64,000 nucleotides of DNA, from the NCBI RefSeq assembly GCF_006345805.1, contig NC_043009.1:22320001-22384000 (forward strand). The letters are read 5' to 3'. Below the pieces are notes generated by a model. It worked only from the letters and a program-made list of their open reading frames with translations, was not told the origin of the DNA and made no database searches. Source of the DNA: Octopus sinensis (lineage: Eukaryota). Shown here piece after piece: positions 26,285 through 38,871 of the stretch (positions are counted from its first letter, which is position 1; each line of letters opens with the position of its first letter). The position numbers were made by a program, and so were the translations under genes.

Positions 26285-26348
26285 CTGCAAGAAGAAACAT
26301 AAAGAATAAGCAATGAAGCGACAACACTATACAACTATGGTTACAAAT

Positions 26349-27420
26349 AATTTTGGCACAGGGCCAGCAATTGTGGAAGAGGAGGGTAAGTCGATAATAT
26401 CGGCCCCAGTACCCAACCGGTACTTGTTTTATTAACCCCCAAACGATGAAAAGCTAAGTCAGCCTTGGCGGAACTTGAACTCAGAACATAAAGATGAAAT
26501 ATCACCAAGCATTTTGCCTGGTGTGCTAACGATTCTGCAATCTCACCACCTTAAATATTATTAATAATAATAATCTTTTCCACAATTACATCAAACCCAG
26601 TGCATAACTGGTACCTAATTTTTCATCTTGAAAGGATGAAAGGCAAAGTTGACCTTGGTAGAATTTGAACCCAGAACATATCTCAGAATATGCTAATGAT
26701 TCTGCCAGCTTGCCGCCTATAATAATCATCATCATCATCGTGAGATGAATAATAATAATAATAATCCTTTCTACTATAGGCACAAGGCCTGAAATTGAAG
26801 GGAGGGGGATAGTTTATTATATCGACTCGACCCCAGTACTTGACTGGTACTCAATTTATCAACCCTAAAAGGATGAAAGGCAAAGTCAACTGTGGAATAA
26901 TAATAATAATAATAATCCTTTCTTCTATTGACATAAGGCCTGAAATTTGGGTGAGGGGGAGGCCAGTTAATTACATCAACCCCAGGGTGAACTCGTCAAT
27001 TACCTTCACCCTAGTGTTCAACTGATATTCATTTCATCGCCCCCGAAAGGACGAAAGGCAAAGTTGACCTGGGTGGAATTTGAGCTCAGAATACAAAGAT
27101 GGATAAAATGTTGCTAAGCATTTTGATATGTAGGGGGGGGGGAGCTAACAGTTCTGCCAGATTGCCATCTTACATAATAATAATAATAATAAATTTTTTT
27201 TTTTTAATCCTTTCTATTACAGGCACAAGGCCTGGATTTTATGTGGAAGGGAACAGTTGATCACATCAACCTTAGTACTCAGCCGGTACTTAACTTATTG
27301 ACCCCGAAAAGGATGAAAGGCAAAGTCGACCTCGGCGGAATCTGAACCCAGAATGTAAAGATGGATGAAATGCCACAAGGCATTTTGTCTGGCGTCCTAA
27401 CGATCCAGCCAGCTCGCTGC
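26349..27420 (-). mobile_element. Head-to-tail array of ~5 SINE family B copies separated by (AAT)n
   Basis: Repeated GACCCCGAAAGGATGAAAGGCAAAGTCGACCTCGGCGGAATTTGAACTCAGAA...CTGCCAGCTCGCC; on the minus strand this gives a tRNA-like head (TGGCAGAATCG ... GAGTTCAAATTC). Confidence 0.8.
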
Positions 27421-27929
27421 ATTACACCATGATGATGATCATAATAATGAAAATAATAAAAATTAAAATAACAATAACAACAACAATCATGATGATGATG
27501 ATAATACTAATAATAATACAACCATTTTCAAGAGATTGTTAAGATCTCCAGTGAGCCATATGTCTAGTTTGATAAGACTGTCTGTCTACTTCTCGCCATG
27601 TTATCACCCAAGCCACAACAAATTTTGCCTAGTTCACCACTATAGCTACAATTAATGTTATCATTCATCGGCCATATATATATATATTTGCGGGGAGAAA
27701 TAAGAATAGGCATCAGATGACTGACTGGTATTCTTATCAATGCTTATCAATGTAATAAAAGACAAAAAATGGCAATCAGATTCCTATAATTATTAAGAGG
27801 AAATTTCCTCCTCTGTGGCTGTTATTGATTACAAACTGTTGCTTTGTGAAGTTTATTAACTTCAAGCAATTATGTCTTAATTAAGATACACTCAGTTGAC
27901 CTAACCTAATACACATTAATTCTTAATTA

Positions 27930-28018
<89 letters not shown>

Positions 28019-29706
28019 TCAATATTTTTTTTTATTCTTCTACTTGTTTTGGTCATTAGACAGTGGCCATGCAGGAGCACTGCCTTGAAAAGTCTTAGTC
28101 AAACAAATCATCCCCAGAATTATTTTTTTTAAAGCCTAGTACTTATTCTATTGGTCTCTTTTGCCAAACCACTAAGTTACAGGGACACTGGTTGTCAAGT
28201 GGTGATGGGGGAACAACACAAAGACAAACACAGAGATATACATACACATACACACACACATTTCTTTATTGCCCACAGGGGGCTAAACATAGAGCGGAGA
28301 AACAAGGACAGACAAAGGGATTAAGTTGATTACATTGACCCCAGTTCATAACTGGTACTTATTTAATTGACCCTGAAAGGATGAAAGGCAAAGTCGACCT
28401 CAGTGGAGTTTGAAATCAGAACGTAATGGCAGACGAAATATCACTGGGCATTTCATCCAGTGTGCTAATGTTTCTGCCAGCTTGCCGCCCTAACACACAC
28501 ACATATATAGATACTATGGGCTTCTTTCAGTTTCCATCAACCAAATCCACTCACAAGGACCGAACCCAAAACCATGTGGTTGGGAAGCAAGCTTCTTATC
28601 ACACAGTCAATATATATACACACACATACACATATCAATATTGATAGCTTTCATTGTTTCTTTTATTTGTTTCAGTCAGTGGACTGTGGCCATACTGGGG
28701 CACCACCTTGAAGGGTTTTAGTCAAACAAACCGACCCCAGGACCTGTTTCTTTTTCTTTTCTAAGTCTGGTACTTATTCCATTGGTCCCTTTTGCTGAGC
28801 CACTAAGTTATGGGGATGTAAGTAAACCAACAATGGTTGCCAAGCAATGCGTATGTAGGATAAACACAAATACAAAAACACACATATACACAAATGCCAA
28901 ATTTCCACACAATTTCTTGTCAACTGTGTTTGCTCACAAGGCATTGGTTGGTCCAGAGCTACAATAAAAAAAAAATCAAAACACTTGTCCAAGGCACCAT
29001 GCAATGGGACTGAACCCTGTATCACTTGGTTGCAAAGTGAATTTCTTAGACACACAGCCATATACATACATGACCTATACTCACTCCACAAAAGCCTCCT
29101 CCCCTTCAATCATCACTCATCTACTTCTTCACACACTTCAAATCATGTACCAAAATTTTGTACAAGTCTTCCCCACAAGTAACGCACCATCCTTCTAGAA
29201 CACAACTGGACCACACCCTAAAAACCTACTCTGTCGTCTCGGTAGCCTCAATCAAACTGAATCTAAACTTTGTTAGGGTGAAGACAGATAAGCGAGGATA
29301 GACAAGTCTCTGGACCATTTCTGACTGAGTCTCCCACCTGGACAAAACATATTATCCTGATGTTCAGCCACCATCTCTAGCAATTCATTTGTTATAGTAT
29401 CTTCTTAACCTTTCTTTAAATATTTTGGAAGTCCTGAACCACTGGCCTTCTTTCTCCAAGCCATAACCCATCACCACTACTATCATCATTGTCATTTAAT
29501 ATTCGTGCCCCATGCTAGTATGGGCTGGATATGGTTTCTAAGACTGGATGCCCTTCCTAGCAGCAACCACTTTACTGTAGTGGGCGCATTGTTGTGGCAC
29601 AAGCACTAGTGAGGTTACCATGTAGCCTTTAAAACTAAGATCCTCTTTGGGTGAGTGGGTCTGCAGTAGAGAAAGAGGTGGTTTTATGCTGGGGGATAAA
29701 AGGTTT

Positions 29707-30417
29707 AAGTGAGAGTGAAAGGGCCAGGAGAGACCAGGTTTCTTGCCGTAGAGGACTGTACACAGCTACTCATGTTATAGAAGAGAAGGTGGGAGTGACT
29801 AGTGTAGAACTGGAAAGAGATAAAATATAGTGGTGATGAAGTGTCAGGGTAGGGCAACTGGATACCAGGTGAATGGGGACAGGGAGTGAAGGTGAGTAAA
29901 GCTTGTATGGGAAAGTGAGGGGTGGTTGAATATAATGCAGAACGAATGTTGAGGGAAGAGTAGGTGACAACTGTAGAAACTGGGTGAACTTGAGTTGGTA
30001 ACCAATGCTACAAGAGTTCGCAGTGGGGTAGGGGAGAGGAAATGACTAATGATCACCGATGATGATGGTGATCATTAGTCATTTCCTCTCCCCTACCCCA
30101 CTGCGAACTCTTGTAGCATTGGTTACCAACTCAAGTTCACCCAGTTTCTACAGTTGTCACCTACTCTTCCCTCAACATTCGTTCTGCATTATATTCAACC
30201 ACCCCTCACTTTCCCATACAAGCTTTACTCACCTTCACTCCCTGTCCCCATTCACCTGGTATCCAGTTGCCCTACCCTGACACTTCATCACCACTATATT
30301 TTATCTCTTTCCAGTTCTACACTAGCCACTCCCACCTTCTCTTCTATAACATGAGTAGCTGTGTACAGTCCTCTACGGCAAGAAACCTGGTCTCTCCTGG
30401 CCCTTTCACTCTCACTT
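29707..30417. repeat. Long palindrome: 351-bp arms, 9-nt loop GATGATGAT, one mismatch
   Basis: 29707-30057 is the reverse complement of 30067-30417; mirrored ORF translations appear in the supplied track. Confidence 0.95.
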
Positions 30418-30701
30418 GAAGGGTTTTAGTCATTAGGCCGTTTTCCATGTTGACATGGGTTAAGTGGTTTGACAGACTCCAATTGTGTTTTGGCAAGGTT
30501 TCTGTGGCTAGATGCCCATCCAAATACCAATTACTGGGTGTTTGTATGTGGCACCAGCTCGGGTGCTTTCTACATGGCATTGCCCAAAATTAAGAAGATA
30601 TTACTAAATTGTTGAAGGTTCTAAAAAAAAAATAAATAAATAAAATAATAGTAATTAATTGCAGTTCTACTGAGAAATAAGAGTAGAAAATATCGTTTTA
30701 C

Positions 30702-30904
30702 CTGATCAATATTGACAAAACTTTGTCTGCCAGATATAAGAGTGTTGAAAATCTTGTACATATCTTCCACACTGCTGCTTTCAAGATCGACGTCCAGACA
30801 TTGGTGCCAAGAACGCAGTACATGATTGAAGAATGTGTGTTTATTGATGAGGTATGGCTTCCAAGGGCACAGGGGATCAATATCATTGCTATCCAGGATG
30901 AAAT
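30702..30904 (-). CDS. GEMIN5: GEMIN5 exon (DFILDSND...FVNIDQ)
   Basis: Acceptor gcatttcag, donor CAG|gtaaa, 203 nt, phase 1 to 0. Confidence 0.85.
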
Positions 30905-31009
30905 CTGAAATGCAAAATAAAAATAAAAGATATTTTAAAAATAAAAAATACAACTCTACCCTCAAATGCACAAGTTATAAAAAAAAAATATTAATTAGTT
31001 TATTCCATA

Positions 31010-31383
31010 GGCGCAGGAGTGGCTGTGTGGTAAGTAGCTTGCTTACCAACCAAATAGGTCTAGGTTCAGTCCCACTGCGTGGCACCTTGGGCAAGTGGCT
31101 TCTACTATAGCCTCGAGCTGACCAAAGCCTTGTGAGTAGATTTGGTAGACGGAAACTGAAAGAAGCTCGTCGTATATATATGTGTGTGTGTGTCTGTGTT
31201 TATCCCTCCAACATCGCTTAACCGATGCTGGCGTGTTTATGTCCCCGTAACTTAGTGGTTCGGCAAAAGAGACCAATAGAATAATTACTAGGCTTAGAAA
31301 GAATAAGTCCTGGGGTTGATTTGCTCGACTAAAGGCGGTGCTCCAGCATGGCCACAGTCAAATGACTGAAACAAGTAAAAGAG
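31010..31383 (+). mobile_element. SINE family A, full-length copy
   Basis: Near-identical to 22214-22619. Confidence 0.85.
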
Positions 31384-33584
31384 AGAGAGTTTATTCCATA
31401 CATTAAAACATCCATTTTCTCAAATTAGTATGGGCTGGAGAAGAATGCATTTGTGGCTGAATCTTACAGATGGGTGTTCTTCCTGTCACCAACTATTCAC
31501 TGTTTTCCAGATAAGAGGTTTCTTAATCAAAAGTGCAAAGTGATTGATAATAATGTCAACATGTAGCAAAACATATCACTGTTTCGCTCAAGTGAAGCCA
31601 ATACATGTTGACTTTCACAAATACATGAAATGGGCTTCATGCAGTTTCCTCCCACAAAATTCACTTGTAAGGTATTGGTTGGCCTGGGGCTGTAGTTAGA
31701 GACACCTGCCCAAGATGCAGCGCATCTTGGGCAAGTGAACCTGAAACCCATGGCTGCAAAATGAACTTCTAACCACACAGCCATACCTGCACCTCTATGT
31801 TAGTGGAACATAAAATTAAATCTTTCTTATAGTCTCAAGAGAAGCAGTGAACCATTTTTTAATCCCTAAATCAAAGCAATTCACAGAACCACTTATTTCT
31901 GGTATCTTTACTGTTATGAAAATGAGAAGTAAATTTTCCCCTGGAAAGATCACAAGTGCAACAATCGTGTATTATTCCTAGCCGTGGGACAAATCTTGGC
32001 CATAAAACTCACCCTGCTGTCTTGGAAAAAGAATATGAAAGATAGATTGAATAATAAAGCCTTAGAAAGACTGTGTCTAAAAAGACAAGAGAATAATGAC
32101 GAAAATACCTTGGTTCACTGTCCTGGGGTTAAACAACAACATCATTTAATGTCAGTTGGCATAGTCTGGATGGTTCAACAGGATCTGACTAGCCAGAGGG
32201 CTGTGTTGCCACCAGTGTCTGCCTGGCAAGGTTTCTATGTCTGGATGTCTTTCCTAACCCCAGCAACCTTACAGAGTGTACGGAGTGCCTTTTTTGTGAC
32301 CAGTGAGGTCACTGTGTAACATGCAAGACAAAATCCCTTCACAGAGTGGGGAAGGGGTGCGATATGGAGGGCAGCGGCTTAGCTGGATACTGTCAAACTA
32401 ACCAACCCATGCCAACAAGGAAATGGATGTTAAATAATGATGGTGGCAAGGATGGTGTTGGTGATGCTGCTACTGATGATGGTGATGATAATATCCAATG
32501 ATTTACAGGCCATTTTAAATGACTGCCACGTGTAAGACATAACTAATCACATCATGAGCCCATTTCTCAAACACTTAAAACTCTGAACCCTTTAAATTAC
32601 AAAGCTGTTGACAGCAGCATTCTTAATGCTTCTTAATTGCTCTGGATAATTAATAGAAACATTGTAATAATGATAACTATGCAGTTTTCATTTCACAATT
32701 CTTTATTCCTATAGCTTAATCTATCTTATTCTTCACACGTTTTAGTCATTAGACAGTGCCCAGCCTTGAAGGGTAGGGTTTTAGGCAAAGGAATTGACCC
32801 CAGTATTTATTTTTATAAAGCCTGGTACTTATTCTGTCGGTTGCTGGCATGGGTACATTTTGATGCACCCCAGTGCATTATATGTAGATGCATTCACATG
32901 TGTGTGTGTGTATTTTGTTGTGTTTGGGGAGAGTCATTCTCTTTTAGTGTCTTATTATTTAACGGACAGAGTCAATGACTACTGAAAAGGTGGCAAGAAG
33001 CAATGAAAATTTTAGGAAAAATAAATAAGTAAATGAGTGGAAACTTTACCAGTGTGTGTGTTAAATAATAAGGCACTAAAAGAGAATGACTCTCCATGAC
33101 TCTCCCCAGACAAAACAAAATATGCTTAAACACACAAACTCACAAAATGAAAAATATATATGTGTGTGTGTGTACACACACACACACGTGCTGGTTGCCA
33201 AGCTGTGGGGGGATGGACAGACAGACAGAAAGATACATATACATGATGGACTTCTTTTAGGTTTTGTCTATTAAGTTCACTCCCAAAGCATTGGTGGGCC
33301 CAAGGCTATAGTAAAAGACATTAGCTCCAGATACCATGCAGTAGGAACGAACCCAGAACCATGTGGTCAGGACGTAAGCTTCTTTTCACACAGTGACACC
33401 TGTGCCTATCATTTATTATGTTCCAGAATTTATTGAATTCTAATCCATGGTTCTATGCATTACATACACAAGCAGGCAAGGCTTGCACTGAGCCGTCTGA
33501 TTTGTTCACAAAAACATATTGGATATTTCTTTTTCCCATTTGAGCAACAACATTATGTGAACTTGTGTGTTGAAAGAAATCTTG

Positions 33585-33928
33585 GGAGGGTCAATGTGCC
33601 AATAAATAAATGCACACTAAGTTTATTTCACTTCTTTTATTATTATGATTATTAGTTAATTAATTAACCACTTAACCAATTCACCAGCTGATTGTTTGAG
33701 TAATCATTTGGTCAATCAGTTGATCAGCAAGGTCTGGGGTAGAGAGGGTCCATCATTGATGGAGTCACAAATGATTATGAAAAGACTCTGGCAAACCTTG
33801 TTCATTGAGGGATTGATCAAACAATTAATTAGTTAATAGGTTAATGGTTAAGCAAAACACTAATAATAATAATAATAAAAAAAGTGAAATAAAACCAGTG
33901 TGTGTGTTTATTGGCATAATGACCCTCC
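33585..33928. mobile_element. MITE with imperfect long TIRs (possibly Tc1/mariner-derived)
   Basis: GGAGGGTCAATGTGCCAATAAA... pairs with ...TTTATTGGCATAATGACCCTCC, and the symmetry continues inward for ~100 bp. Confidence 0.6.
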
Positions 33929-34381
33929 TTAACTAGGAAGCCTACACCGCCATTTTGCTCTTAGAAACACGAAGCATATTAAACATTATAAGCATCAATA
34001 TGACAGAGCAGAAAAAAAGGAGAATCAGATACATGATTCAAATTTCCCCAGAGATTTGAACTATGCATCTGTTGAACCTCGCCAATAGTCCTGAGTCCTT
34101 TCTTCTGTTTCAGGTTGATGTTTATAATGTTTCAATTTGGTACTTAGTATGTTATTGAAATTAAAATCTTAGCTGCTAATTTATAAGCTAAATATGGTCA
34201 AGAAACTTGCTCCCCAACCATGGGCAGCATCCTGAACAAATGTACTTGTCTCCAGTTTGGATGAGAATGCCATCTGATCCAAAATGGAAACGAGTACCAA
34301 CATTTCAAAGTGGTTTACTTGAACAATTGTGGAGGTCGCTACTGCATGAAAACATTGGTTGCCTTTCTTATTAATCCACAA

Positions 34382-34418
<37 letters not shown>

Positions 34419-34988
34419 AGTATGTATATGCATGCATATATAATGGACTTCCCTGTTGTGTAAGTGACAGATGAGGGTTTCAGCAACTTGGTATCTTTAC
34501 TTTGATTTTGAGCTGATCATTTGGTTAATATCTAAGAAATGTTTTATGGTGCTGACTGGCAATCTTGAGTAAGTTTCTGCTTTCAACTGTGTGGAAGCAA
34601 GCCCTGCCTCACTGCATACTACAAAGCCACAATGACCACAAACAAAATCATTTGTTCTTCTTGTTTCAGCTTTGGGTAACCATGGCTCTGTAGTTAAGTA
34701 AGCCCTCTGAGACTGGTGAGATCAATGTGGTAGTGGTTTGTCTTGAACCACGGCAAGTCATTAACTCCATCTTGAAATAGTAGGGGGCAATTAGTAAATT
34801 AATCAAGAAGTAATTAGCAAATTAAAAGCTGAAAACACGCCTACTGTCTTCATCATTTCCAACAAAGTATGAAGTAAGTAAATATCAAGACTGCCACAAG
34901 ACCATAAAAGAGAAAAACGAAGAAGAACAATAGAAAGGGATTACAATGGATTAGCGTTAATTATGAATATATGTAATATTTATTTTAC

Positions 34989-35139
34989 CTGGCAACAGTG
35001 TTTTTGATCCTGTTAATGATGTCATCCTTCTTTTGTGAAGTACAAAGACGGAGGAATCTTTGGCATACACAACACTGGGCATCAGTGTCAGGAGTTCGCT
35101 CATCATTAGCTCATGCATGCTGATAACCAGAGTAAACAC
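34989..35139 (-). CDS. GEMIN5: GEMIN5 exon (VFTLVISMHELMMSEL...KTLLP)
   Basis: Acceptor tatcttcag, donor CAG|gtaaa, 151 nt, phase 0 to 1; resembles the recalled vertebrate segment QRLVFCLLELLSRHL. Confidence 0.85.
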
Positions 35140-35353
35140 CTGAAGATAGAAACACAATATAAAATTTATGAATACATATATATCTATAAACGTTAAATTT
35201 AACTTAAGTTGAAAGTCAACAAAGTTTGCTTTAGAAGCATTAAGATGTATTAAAAGATACAGATAAGGAAATAATTTTATTTTCAAACGCAGGATAATCC
35301 TAATAATACAGCATGAACTGGATAAGCTATCCATAATTTGCAGATAAATCTCT

Positions 35354-35429
35354 TGGCGGTCAGCCATGAGACTCAAACTCACATCCCTGTGATTACACGT
35401 CAAGTGCTTTACCATTAAGCTAAACTGCC
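35354..35429 (-). pseudogene. Degenerate tRNA-like sequence (Thr-TGT-like anticodon loop)
   Basis: GGCAGTTTAGCTTAATGGTAAAGCACTTGACGTGTAATCACAGGGATGTGAGTTTGAGTCTCATGGCTGACCGCCA shows a D-arm, anticodon arm, T-arm and an imperfect acceptor stem; B-box TTC is mutated to TTT. Confidence 0.55.
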
Positions 35430-36386
35430 CCAGTGAGAAATTCTTCTGCAAATTTAGGATATATAAATCTAGCTTTATAAGATGCTATCATACATTAAAT
35501 TCAACTTAAGTTGAAAGTCGACAAAGTTTGCTTTAAAAGTGTTGAGAAGTATTGAAAGATACAGATAAGGAAATGATTTTATTCTCAAACACAGGATAAT
35601 GCTAATAATATAGCATGAACAGGATAAAGTAGCCATATTTTGGCCACTGACAGATTTTTCTGCAAAATATGGATAGTTTACCCTGTTCATGGTATATTAT
35701 TAGCATTATCCTGCATTTGAGGATAAAATTATTTCTTTATCTGTATTTTTCAATATCTATAAACATTTATATAAGATGGAATGAACAGGCTTTAACTGCA
35801 AAGTACAACAATTGTTTTCATGCAGTGGCAACAACTGCATAAATTAAATTATGTAAGTAAATATGATGCAGCAGCAGTTGTGTACTGGTATGTCATTAGT
35901 TGGTAGATACGTACATACATACACATTTATAGAAATCAGCTGCTCAGTGGATGTTAACATGAAGCTGAACATCAGTAAAAAAGAAAATACTTAAGCTGAA
36001 CTATTGAGGAATCTACAGTTACTTCATCAAAATTACAAGTTCAGGTTTATATCTGTAATTATCGGGGGACTGGGATATGTAACACACTGCTTAAATACCA
36101 ATCTTGAGAAATTAGGCTTCCCAAAACAAGAAAGGAGAAAGCTGATTTGAAGATTACTGTAAAAATCTGTAAAATTTTCCAGAAGTTTTATCATTTAAGA
36201 ATATATGAGCATGTCTAGACATGAAAGTATATGCATGAAAATACATACATAAAACAAAACATGCAATCTGTATACATACATACAAAAATACCCTGTTGAT
36301 GTTGTTGAAATTCCAATGAAGGAGCCTTAGATGTACGTTAGAAACTGGCTCCTTCTCAACTGTCAAGAAATCTCAAAATAAAATGA

Positions 36387-36529
<143 letters not shown>

Positions 36530-36857
36530 CATCAAATTAATATTCACAATAAATGTCCCTTGGATTGCTGTTGTTTTTGTATCTGAATTAGTCTTTCGTA
36601 ATTTATGACCATTTAATTCAAACATTTCCATCTTTTCCCTTTCCTCATCTATCGTTTCTATAGAAACGTTAAAGACTTCTACCAATCTTTGTGAGCATCA
36701 TCCTTATACATCCTGTGTTTGCTTTTTTTTTTACCTCATCTTTGTGTTTTTTTTTTACATTTTTGTACCATATAAGTGTGCGTGTGTGTATTTGTGCATG
36801 TGTATGCATTCTATCCTATTGATTTTTCGAGGGTATTAATTTATTTTTGCATCTACA

Positions 36858-37270
36858 GGCACAGACATGGCTGTGTGGTAAAAAGTTTGCCTCTCAACTA
36901 CATGGTTTTGGGTTCAATCCCTCTGCATGGCACCTTGTGTAACTGTCTTCTTCTATAACCTCAGCCAACCAAAGCCTTAAGAATGGAGTTAGTGAATGGA
37001 AACTGAAAGAAGCCTGTCATATACGTACACACACACACATACATATATGTATATATATATTTATATGTGTCTTTGTGTGTACTTGTCCCCCACTTTCACT
37101 TTACAACCGATGTTGGTGTGTTTATGTCCTTGTAACTTAGCAGTTCAGCAAAAGAGATCAATAGAATAAGCACTGGGCTTACAAAGAATAAGTCCTGGAG
37201 GTGATTTCTTTGACTAAAATCCTTTAAAGTGGTGCTCCAGCATGGCCACAGTCTAATTATTGAAACATAG
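36858..37270 (+). mobile_element. SINE family A, diverged full-length copy
   Basis: Same head, linker and tail organisation as 22214-22619. Confidence 0.8.
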
Positions 37271-37387
37271 TGGGTTCATCTCCTTTCAGTGTTTTTTCTC
37301 TCTAAGGGTCTTTATTTAACCCAATATTTATTTACTTGATAATACTTCTTGCTTTATCTTCAAATTACTGCTAAACAATTATAATAC

Positions 37388-37421
<34 letters not shown>

Positions 37422-37428
37422 TATAATT

Positions 37429-37477
<49 letters not shown>

Positions 37478-38871
37478 TAGATAGATAGATAGACAGACAG
37501 ATATAGATATATACATACAAACATACATGTGTAGATATTTGATATTCTTTATGTAAGATTTTTATGAGTTTAAAGTTCAAATAATAAATATGTCTGCTTA
37601 AAATGTTTCCTCCTATTAAATTGAACATCAACCCAATTATCTAATCTATTTAATCACTACACAATTATTTGATTTAGCTGGATACATTCCCTTTAAGAGA
37701 GAGAGAGAGGGAGAAAGGTAGGTGGAGGGAAGGAGAAAGTGAGAAAGAGAAAGAGAAGAATGAATGTAACAAAGACCCAATGGAAGATAGTTATTTTTGT
37801 TATTTAGAGCTGCTTACATGGTAATGAGCTCTTGGACTGGATACAAACTCAGAAGAATCATTTGAAATACTGCCACAAGATTTCAGCCACAAAGGATAGC
37901 TCATAGAGAGGAGGAGGAGGGGAGAGAGAGAGAGAGGGAGGAGGTTATAACATCACACAGACAGGGCACACTTCTGTATTTATATGCTCCCCAGTAACAG
38001 GTTCCACTCTGGCTTTGTGGTTCACTGCTTCGGGTTACTAAGGGCATCACAGCTGTGAAAACATTGTGTAATTAGCCGAAATTTTCAGAAGTACATCCGA
38101 CCTTTGCATAAAATCCACAAATTGATTCATACCAGACTTTTTGAGATCAGTGGAGAAATCTTTTTACGTGAATAACATTTTAGACACAAAAGTATACAAG
38201 AGGTGATATTGCGCCTTTTCCTGTAGACATTGGAGGCTGAAGCAGAATGTGTGAGTATAAGTGTGAATCCGATAATAATGGTTCATTGTGGTTATGGCCA
38301 GTTTGATTAACTAATTCTGTACTTCAGTACATCTAGTTCTTGGAAACATACTAGATCACTTAGAGAGACCAGCAAATCATCTTGACATACATGAATGTAT
38401 CTCAGCAGATTGTGATGAATATATATAATTTAATGTATGCAATATAAAGATATAAGCTACTAACAGTTTCATACACTGTGTCTCCAAACCAGAAGATAAC
38501 TTGGAGACACAAGGCATGTTATAAAAACCTGCCTTAAACTTGTGCCTCCAATGCATGAAACTATCGGTAGCTCATATTGCCTTAACAGAAGTGTAAACTA
38601 CATATATATATAAATATATATACATATATATATATTCTTTGCTTTTCTTTGTTTTAGCCATTTTGCTGTGGCCATACTGGAGGACTGCCTTTAGTCAAAC
38701 AAATCAATGTATTTATTTCATCGACCCCACCTAAAAGACTTATTTTTTGTAAGTCCAGTACTTATTCTATCGGTGTCTTTTGCTGAATTGCTAAGTTACA
38801 GAGACATAAACACACCAACATCAGTTGTCAAGAGATGGCGGAAGGACAAACCCAGACACACATATATATAT

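Noticed and set aside
36318-36355. Hairpin with GAAAC (a similar sequence at ~56000-56040) suggestive of a hammerhead
   Set aside because: No CUGANGA box; at best a decayed remnant.
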